The notes beneath the pieces were generated by a model. The model was given only the letters and a program-made list of their open reading frames with translations, had not been told where the DNA came from and did no database searches. A DNA stretch of 64,000 bases from Amoeboaphelidium protococcarum X5. Its lineage: Eukaryota > Fungi > Aphelidiomycota. Position numbers and translations under genes: made by a program. Below, piece by piece: positions 53,294 to 64,000 of this stretch. The stretch lies in assembly GCA_023515725.1 (NCBI GenBank), contig JALDTO010000179.1, positions 71,990 through 135,989 of the forward strand, given 5' to 3'. Numbering within the stretch: the stretch's first letter is position 1; the number at the start of each line of letters is the position of its first letter.

Positions 53294-55877
53294 ATGACGT
53301 TAGAACTTACTGTAGATAAAGAAAATGAATAGCATCTGTATGTTGGAAATGTTTAGTATCCTAATAAAAAGTTGAAACAATTTCCGAATTCAGATATATT
53401 GGATACCGTAGCATTGCCGGACAAGTCTCACTGCGCGAAACTCAATTTACACCAATCCTCTCCTCATCAGGCCCCAACTCGAAATTATCCCATGATTGAC
53501 ACTCTTGCTGAAGATTCAATTCTGAATGACTTTGATGATAATGACTTCACATCCCAATAATTGTTGAATAAACGCCTCTCTATTGGCCCTGGGAAAGATC
53601 CACTCAAGTTTTCGCCTTTGAAACGCGATGATGCCTCAACACCTGACTGCTATCCTAACTTTCATGAATTGGCTAAAGACTCACAGATTGTCTAGCTTGG
53701 GGATAAAGTTGCTGATGGCGTGGCCAACTCTACCACTGCTGCTGTAGCTGAAGATTAACACAGTGCTCTGAAGAAGACTGCACATGTTCGCTTTACATCT
53801 GACGAAGATCGTTTGATTGAAGATGGAATATTCAAGTTTGGTCATGATTGGCCATAAATTGTCTAGTGGGCAAAGCTGAAGCGCACTCCTAAGCAAGTTA
53901 AAGCGCGTTTTGAGAGACTTTTGTTGAGTTAGGCCAAAAGAGGTGGTAATATCGAGAGTGCGGCTCTGAATGTGCCCGGAGTTAGACAACAAGATGCTGC
54001 TCAAACATCTACTCCTCATCGCATATCTAATACTAGTACTCCTTAGAGAAATGCAGCATCATCCAGTTGCGTATAGTCGCCATCACTTAAGGTGAATACG
54101 GCCGAACATGATATTGCTTAGACTCCCCGTAAACTGCGTATTGATGATTACTTTAAACCTGAATAGTTGGTGTTGTAGAAAGAGAATGCCAATATAATTC
54201 TTTATGATGAACACTTGCGGGTGTAAAGGGACCTGTCTAGTAAGATATCGTCACTCCAAGATGATATTATCTAGAAAGAGTAATCTATCAAGAGTCTTCA
54301 CAATGAAAAGCATCAGACTATTACATTCTATGAAGATAAATTATCTGATTTGAGTGAGAAATATGATCATTAGGCTAAATCTGCTCAGAATGCTCTAAAG
54401 TTACTGATTTTGGATAATGCCAAAGCTGAACGACTGGAATGTCGCCGGAGTGCAGCTCTTAATTCTCTTCAACTCGGATCTCTCATGACTGAATAGCATG
54501 GTCATGGTTACAGAGAGACGTTGTCAGATGGCCAGCTGCTGATGACTATGGATGAGAAAGTGAAAAGAATTCAGCAGATTAAGGAAGATGTTGAAAAGTA
54601 GAGAAAGCAATTAACTTTGAAGAGGAAGCACTCTAAAATATCTGATAATAGCGACTAGATTTAGAATCAAGACTTTGAGCTGTATGAGTAAGATGAGACG
54701 CTGAAGTGGAAGTTGGGGAATCTAAAGAAGGAAGAGGGTGAACTGATGTTGGAAAGAGAGAAAATTCACCATTAGAAAGAGCTGCATGCCATAGAGCTAC
54801 GACGCATCAGGGATGAAGATTGCTCCAAATTTAAGGATTTTCCATTGTTCGACAATCGCTATCTGCTCACAAAGTTAGTAGGTAAAGGTGGATTCTCCGA
54901 GGTGTATAAAGCGTTCGACTTGTAAACTTTCAGAGAAGTTGCATGCAAGATTCAGACTTTGGTAAGACTTATAGTGTGTTTAATACCAATCGTAATTACC
55001 AATAATATTCGTATCATGCATGTAGAATTAGCAGTGGAGTTATTAAAAGAGATAGAACTATATCAAGCATGTGATTAGAGAGCTTAAAATCCACAAGTCT
55101 TTGAACCATTAGAGAATCGTCCATTTGTATGAAATGTTTGAGATTGATGACAACTCATTTGCCATTGTATTGGAGTATTGTCCTAATATGGATCTGGATA
55201 TGTATTGTAAATCTCTACCTCTAAGCAGTAATCGATGCTTACCTGAGAAGGAGGCCAAGGCGATTATACTGCAAGTGTTCAATGCGTTAAAGTATCTTAA
55301 CTTGATCAATCCACCTGTAATACATTACGATCTTAAGCCTGCTAATATTCTCATGTTTGATGATGGGATAAAATTGACAGATTTTGGATTGTCCAAGGTT
55401 ATTGAGAACGAATGCGGTGATGGTGATATTGAGTTGACCAGCCAATTTGCAGGTACTTATTACTATCTGCCGCCAGAGTGTTTCTACCAAGGTAATGTGT
55501 CGGGGGAAAGTGGTGGTGGCGGTGGTGGTGTGAGAATATCGTCCAAGGTTGATGTATGGAGTGCAGGAGTTATATTCTACCAGTTGCTATTCGGGGTCAA
55601 GCCATTTGGTCAAGATCAGTCGCAGAATACCATCTTGGCTGAGAATACCATAATGAAAGCCTACAATGTCACTTTTCCTGTTAAACCAAATATCTCTATT
55701 GAAGCCAAGAATTTTATTAAGCGCTGCTTAGAGTACCGTTAGGAATTGCGACCTGATGTCCTCACTATCTGCTGTGATCCTTATCTCAATCCACCAAAGA
55801 GAATTCAAGTGACTCCTGTGAACAATTCTGTTGTCAATGGTGTGCAAGCCATTACGAACAAGACATCAATGAAATGA
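53294..55877 (+). CDS. TLK: Tousled-like Ser/Thr kinase with N-terminal Myb/SANT-like domain; intron 54962-55025
   Basis: Coiled coil ending [13 protein letters not shown]. Motifs [61 protein letters not shown] and ISSKVDVWS. Confidence 0.92.
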
Positions 55878-56019
55878 CAATTTTGGTTGCGATCGTTGGT
55901 GGCAAGATTTAAATATATGATGAATAAGAATACATGATTGGATCAATTTTAATACACTGACAACGAATTCAATATCATGTTTTCTGTACAATATACATTA
56001 TCACAGACCATTCGCCCTC

Positions 56020-57873
56020 TCACTGTTGACCAACGATAACATTCTCCTTGTCTTCACTCTTCTTGTTTGAACTTCTCTCAAATCTTTTAAAGTTATTCAC
56101 ATTTGCAGACACATTCCCAGCACCCCCTTTCACCGCATCAATGTTATCGAACATGTGCAACTTGCGGCGCCATACTTTCATCTGGCCCTCCCAGTTACGC
56201 TTACTGATATCCTGGTGCTTATCAGGAGTCTAAGGATCATATCGGCCACGTCTGTTCTTGTTCGGCTTGATACTGATATAGTTTCTATACTCTGGAGTAT
56301 TCTTACCAATATCAATCTGCTTCTGACGCTGAGCAAGACGACGCTCAGGATCAGAAGGTGGCGGAGGTGAAATCTTTGGACGTTCCTACTGAACAACTTC
56401 ATCTCCACCCTGAACCGGAACGATAGTCTCCTGAATGTCTTCCATCTGATCTAAAACCATGGCATCCTCCAATAATCCAATATCAACATCGTCAACTCTC
56501 ACAGGCTCCTTTGATGGAGCAGAATCATTCTTACCAATGTCCAGAGGCTACTCAGTCTTGGCAACTTCTTGTTGAGAAGACACACCAATCTCAGATACAT
56601 TCTAAGTGCTCACAGACAGAGACTTGAGTTAAAGGGTCAAATTGGACGCCACTTTACCAACCACTGGCTTAGTACTTACCTCAGACTCAACAACAGCTGG
56701 AACATCAACTTTCTACTATACAACAACGGGGGAAGGAGTGATAGTAGGAGCTTGAACATTTCTACTGACCATGGATGAATAAGATAAACCCGAGTCAACT
56801 TGCTGATGTTACTATTACTACCTAAGCGGATGCTGCTAAAACTTGGCAGGAGCATTCAGGGAGAACATTTACTGAGCAGTCACCTTCGTAGGAGCCAGTC
56901 TACGCTTATTATTGCCACTACTCGGATTGACTTTTGAAGCCAAAGACTAATCAGCAATAGAAGATTCTCTAGCGATAGGAGGAGCATACGAATCTTTAAA
57001 CTGAGAAACTTTAAATGCACCAGCAGCACTTTGACTCAAAGGCTCAGTAAGTCTGGCTTCAATCTTTGAACGTAGAGGCGGAGGTATATATACAGAATCA
57101 ACAGATTTAGCCAATTGCTAAGGCTACGAGGTGACATTCTCAGATACATTAACTGAGGACTAGGTAGACACCCTATTCAAATGCGCAGACTACAACTACT
57201 ATTAAGCACCACCTCCTTACTATTACTACTATTACTAACACAGTTGACGATACTAGGCATGAACACCAACCATTTACTGCATAGACATGGAAGCACTGGC
57301 CAACTCTGCACTCAAATATCTTGGCACCTCAGGCAAAACACGTCCAACTGACCAGTCTGAAGCCAGAGCACCACTCACAGCACGCAACTTGATAAACTTT
57401 TGGTAGTTGGAGTCTGTGTGCTGCTAAGGAGCATCCACCTGAACGTATGACCCAGGCAAATTTGGTGCAACACCGCGTTGTTGATGATTCTGAACATTAG
57501 AGGTATGCTTAAGCAGACCGGGAGGAGGTGCAACCTGAATGGGACGGACTCTCTTCACAGTAGCCACATTGCTACCACCATTCTACAACACCATCTACTT
57601 CTGAGACACCTACACGTTCTGTGGGCTCAACTAGCGCTTCAAACTAGAAAATTCATCCTGATGACCACTACTAATAGAATTTCTAGAATCTGAAGGAGTA
57701 AGAACACCCGATGCAGAATTCTTGGAAACATTACTACTCTACTTCTTCTCGAGAGTGGAAGCACTGTGCAACTACTAAGCGACCAACTTTGCAGCACTGT
57801 CCAGCTTTTCACCACGCGACACTTCGGCACCAGCAGTTTGAGCACCAAGTGACTTCAACTAGAATTTATTCAT
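56020..57873 (-). CDS. SLBP: Histone mRNA stem-loop binding protein (SLBP RNA-binding domain at C-terminus), 617 aa
   Basis: RLAQRQKQIDIGKNTPEYRNY...DPQTPDKHQDISKRNWEGQMKVWRRKLHMFD matches the SLBP RBD consensus. Long Q/S-rich N-terminus. Confidence 0.82.
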
Positions 57874-58361
57874 AACGTAAGAGAGAGAGAGAGAGAATTA
57901 TCAATAGAATTTAACAATTCTGTCAAGTAGACAATGGATATAAAAGGCTACGGTAATTGTCGTTACTTTAAGAGTGAAACAAAGAAGTTATCGCTCCGCT
58001 TTGAGAGAAAGAGGTAGGAAGAGAAGAGAAGAGAAAGAGAGACGAGAGGCGTCGCGTCGTTCATCTCTTTTGAATAGGGCCGATCTCTCTCTCTACTCAG
58101 ATCTGTTTCAACGATGACGCCTCACTTCATTACGCGGTCTCTTTCTATTACTACACTAGACACATCCGAGAATGGTTTAATTATTTGGGGATCATTGTTC
58201 ATATCCTCTATATTGACTATCTTTTCCTATCTATACTGCTTCATATGATTCTAGGCGGAATTTAAATCAGGTTATATTTAAAGTTTCACCTTTTGACTTT
58301 CTCGCAAATGTACCTTCTACTCTTTCATCTCTTACCGTTAATCACGTATTACGCTAAGAAA

Positions 58362-59075
58362 ATGGAGAGAACGCATCAGTACTTTGACAAGATTCCAAAG
58401 ATTAATTACTGGACTGAAGAGAGATCTAGAACCACCACCGCTACTACGGATTCTGCATCAGCATTACCCGGTGATGGAGTCTATTATTATTACAATCATC
58501 TGACAAAGTAGACGCGTAATGAAAAGCCTCAGGAGATTGTAGAGATTGAGCAAGAACTAACTCGGTTGCGCAGGGAGGAAAAGATTGTGGAAAGTGTAAA
58601 TGTACCAGACACTCAGTGGATTATTTGCATCACTAATCTGGGCCATATATTCTATCACTAGAGTACACTTTAACTCAGTTAGTGGGAGTGCCCTGAGGAA
58701 GTTTAATTGTTTCTGAGACAGTCTGATGAAGACGCGTCTCTATTGCATGATGCTGCCGTGGATGGTCCTTCAGTAGATGAAGTATAATTATAATCAAACG
58801 TTAATGCATCTTACAGCATAGACATTATAGAGCAGGTCAATGATGATATAAACACGTCTACTCCTAAAGTGTAGAATGCACCTACAGAACGGGTAAAATC
58901 TGACACTGAAAGGCGGTAAGAGTATCTTGAGATGTTGCAGGAGATTGGCGTCAATAAATTCAGTTCATACATAATTGAAGTTAAAAAGATCAAGAATGAT
59001 CATAGATTCAAAGCATTCAAAGGCAACAAGAAGAAGCTATTTGATGAATATTGTTCCTCTTTATCGAAAAGTTGA
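58362..59075 (+). CDS. WW + FF domain protein (TCERG1/URN1-like), 237 aa
   Basis: WW1 YYYNHLTKQT..EKP; WW2 VPDTQWIICITNLGHIFY...SQWECP; FF domain YLEMLQEIGVNKFS...DHRF...LFDEYC. Confidence 0.75.
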
Positions 59076-59203
59076 TAATTAATTGACTTTTACTTTTGCT
59101 CTAACAATAAGAAACCGTTGATCTTGATCTCTTCATCTCCAATTTTGTAATAGTTTTTAATTCAGATTGTACATAGAAAAATAGTAAGCAACAGTAATAA
59201 TAA

Positions 59204-60328
59204 ATGGGAATTATTGAGTTGGTGAGGCGTTTGTATTACTATTACAAGTTCAAGCTGGTCCAAAGTCATGGTATATTCTTACGGTTGGACAAGTTGGTAA
59301 AGTTTCTATTACACAAGGTGACTGGTTAGTCTGAATTGGAGAGATTATTGTTGACTACTTCTGATTACTCTAGTACTTCTGAGGACATACAGGCAGAGTC
59401 TACATAGAGTATTCTTTATGTTAGGAAATTAGATTCTATCACAATTGTCCGATTGTACTAGAGTTGGATGCTGTCTCAGTAACTAATGGCATTGAGAGTT
59501 CAAGCGGAGGATTCGTTATCAAGTATTTAGGATCTGAGTTAGATTTTGGCCAAAATACTGAACGTTAAAAAGTGTTCTCACCTTAATTATAATAGAAAAG
59601 TTGCTTTACAGAGATTTATGGTATGTTATAAAGCTATTATCTTATTTACTGGTTAGATTAGGAGCGAAATGAACGTTAAAGTTGATGCTTCTAACGGGGA
59701 TCATGAATAATTGTTGAAATCTCTGTTTATCACATTAACTCCCCCAGGTATAGAATATTAGGCGGTGACTCCATATTGGGAACGACTGGGGTTCTAGTAG
59801 AAAGATCCCACTACAGATTTTCGTGCACTTGGCCTATTTGCATTGAGGAACTTGTCACTGCTGGCTGTGCGGTTTCCTTAAATGTGTTCATAGAGTCTGG
59901 CCCTGACGCGTGGTGGTGACATTAACAATTATCTTCCATGGGCGTGCCATGTCATTAACTTTACCTCGTGCCTCGTCGAACTATTAAAGTCCCGATAAGC
60001 TTCTCATCTATTCATTGAGGCTATGTTTAGTCATAATGATATTGATACCTCTGTGATTGAAGACGGTATTGTGATTGATGTAGCTTAATCAGTCTTCATC
60101 ACCATTCTTATGTATATATTGCAAGACTTTGATCAGTACTTTTATGCATTCACTGCCATGTAGAGGAGCGTTCTTAACGATGGTGACTCTATGCCCATAA
60201 TCTCAATGTATCCCTCTGCCGTGAAAGTTTACAAGAACCACTTTGAGTACCGGTTGCAATGTGTATGGAACCCGCACGAGTGGATCACTTACAATGGAAT
60301 ATTGAATGCGCTCAACATCAATAGTTGA
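59204..60328 (+). CDS. ELMO domain-containing protein (ELMOD-like); probable short intron near 59620-59660
   Basis: Motifs VTGQSELERL, HEQLLKSL, WERLGFQQKDPTTDFRALGLFAL and YLPWACHVINFT. Confidence 0.8.
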
Positions 60329-60431
60329 AATCATTATACTAGTGGCTTCATTTAGTCTGAATTTTAATTATAAACGGTAATAATAACTGAATAAACAGAG
60401 AAACATTCATGATTGAACTAAAGTTTGTCAT

Positions 60432-61257
60432 TCAACTGCGAATGTGACTTCTCACAATGTCTTTCATCTGTGTGATTACATCTTTACTGCTGACACCTTC
60501 TTGGTTAGGCTTGAATATACCAGTGCCGCTAACTATAACATTAGCTCCAGAACGCGCCACAGTCTCAATATTACTCAAATCTATACCGCCGTCTACTTGA
60601 ATATCAAACTGCATGGCCTATCCGACATCTCCAGCAATCTTATTTAACTATTCGCGCAATGCTGTAACTTTTTACAGCTATTCAATTTATATTTTCTATC
60701 CTCCAAATCCCGGCTCGACTGTCATAATCAGGATCATATCCAAAAGTCCGCTTCTGATCAGATCCATCAACACATCCATTATAATACGATCAGTCCCTGG
60801 CGCTTTATCAGACAGTTGAGTCTTTGGCTTGATAGAAATCCCACACCTCATACCAGCATCTTTAACGCGTTGACACACTTGTCGAAAATCTACACTACTA
60901 CCACTACCATCAATAGCCTCAATATGGAACGTGTAACCATCTGCGCCGGCTTTGGCAAAGTCATCGATCCACTGCTATGGATGGCTGACCATCAGATGGC
61001 AATCCAAAAATGCTTTCGTATGCGGGCGCAGAGACTTTATAATCGGCGCTCCAATGGTCAAATTTGGCACAAAGTGTCCATCCATCACATCCATATGCAA
61101 CATGTCCGCTCCTACACCAACTCAACTTACAAGTTCGATTTATGCTAGATTGTACTCAAATGCATATCCTACCACAATCCACCATTCTCTGGCATTCCTC
61201 TGCGAGCCTGGCGAAGTCCCCACTCAATAAAGATGGAGCGATCTTCGCTTACGGCAT
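60432..61257 (-). CDS. RPE1: Ribulose-phosphate 3-epimerase; intron about 61112-61172
   Basis: Motifs [41 protein letters not shown] and IQVDGGI. Confidence 0.95.
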
Positions 61258-61467
61258 TAATTGATCAAGATTTAAGATTAGAATCAAGTTGTGATACTTA
61301 AAAATGAAGAGAAGTCGATCGCTGAGAGTGAAATATATTTACTGATTGATTTCACTTTCAAACTAAAGTAGATTTCATTAAAGAACGGACTATAAGACTT
61401 CTAGCCACAGAACAGAAAGTAGTAGAGATAATATCAGATTAAATTCAACGTAGAAATAATAATTTAA

Positions 61468-62901
<1,434 letters not shown>

Positions 62902-63738
62902 TTATGCTATCTAATTCACCGCGGAGATTCTATATAATTCCAAGCTAAATCTAAAATTGTGAATGATTTAGCAATAAGTTAAGTTCTTTATTACAGCCAA
63001 GAGAGCAAACACTTAATTTTTATTATGAGACGAAAGTTTCCGATTGTTATTATTGAGAATTCTTTCTACCAGGCAAGTAGAGTACTGCTCTGTGTAAAAG
63101 GAGGAGAAGCGAAAGTTAATTCCGTTTCCAAAAACAGAAGAAAAGGCCGCGCGAGATCATCTGGAATACTCTGCTCAGCATAGCCGGAATACAGTATGTG
63201 TGTGAGTATCTGCCAACAGAAAACTTTGCGTATCCGATAGAGTTCAAGCACGCGGTACAGTGTCACAAGATACAAAATTCATATTATCATCTCACTTCAC
63301 CGCGGTAATATGATAGGTTGGTATTTACCGAGTGCCCCTATCAAAATACCAAGGAGTCCAAATAACGAGTGCATAGCGTCTGGATTTTCCGCTAGACTTT
63401 GCGTACAGAATTACATCCATTACGCGTTGAAATTTCAGCTATGGAACAACCCCATTTACTAGTCAATCATCAGATATCTATTATTAGAACTGTACAAATA
63501 TCTCGGCAATAATTTCCAATTTGATTTAAGGATTAAAATCCATTAGTGAAAAGTCCAATGGCACAAAAATTTGAAAGGATTAGGATACGAAGGTGAAAGA
63601 CGGTTCAAATAAAATAGAGAGGCCATAAAAAGCCCGCAAATTCCTGCAACTATATCATATCCTTATTCATTCATATCAAGTTATCCGCAATGGAAATTTT
63701 AGTCTCAATGCCGAACGTCTCTCGCATATTGTCGCAAT

Positions 63739-64000
63739 TCATTATTGGGGTTAGCCGCAAACGATATGTTCAGTTTAACCATTGTGAGATAATTCCACTG
63801 AGCTAAAGTCACGCGAGAATACAGCCTTAAAGTACTTGTGGTTAAAAAATGCCTCACTATTTCCAGAAACTTCGCAAAAGTCCACAACAGCATAATCGTT
63901 TAAAGGAATTTCCATGTATCTACCGATCGACGGATCAAATCTATCCAATTGTTCTCTCAGCCTGTTCCCATTGCCAAGAAATTCGAACCCCCCCCCCCCC
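63739..64000 (-). CDS. Possible 3' end of a gene entering from beyond the window
   Basis: Open frame GFEFLGNGNRLREQLDRFDP...HIVCGQPQQ to TGA 63739. No family recognised. Confidence 0.3.

Noticed and set aside
57880-58095. GA/CT-rich microsatellite-like tracts and scattered ACGCGT (MCB-like) hexamers in intergenic DNA
   Set aside because: Plausible promoter features, but the hexamers also occur inside CDS and enrichment cannot be shown without statistics.
63988-64000. Poly-C run at the window end
   Set aside because: Truncated by the window edge; cannot be told apart from a simple homopolymer or an assembly artefact.

Overview
Gene-dense, AT-rich eukaryotic (fungus-related) genomic DNA that does NOT use the standard genetic code. 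TAA and TAG read as Gln and TGA is the only stop (ciliate-type code), so the supplied ORF track is fragmented. Re-read with TAR=Gln, the fragments join into about 30 genes with few, short (about 45-70 nt) GT-AG introns: RRP41, RhoGAP, IMPACT/YIH1, AVT1-like transporter, CYP450, SAPS, GT10 fucosyltransferase, syntaxin, DPM3, CGI121, HIBCH, FAR11/STRIP, receptor adenylate cyclase, CHID1, TFIP11, AHA1, GGT, CNNM/MAM3, WDR48, Tousled-like kinase, SLBP, WW/FF protein, ELMOD, RPE and PTEN. Code plus gene content point to an aphelid such as Amoeboaphelidium protococcarum (inference). The highlight is a ~10.5 kb accessory island (about 12.5-23.0 kb) between two housekeeping genes, holding two convergent, apparently intact mobile-element genes. 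One is a Dada-like DDE transposase with an embedded WRN-type DEDDy 3'-5' exonuclease. The other is a 1148-aa protein fusing an N-terminal XPG/FEN1-like PIN 5' nuclease to a C-terminal Fanzor/TnpB-type RuvC-Zn-finger nuclease, followed by a hairpin-containing non-coding segment where an omegaRNA guide would be expected. All assignments come from manual translation and motif recognition; no database searches were run.
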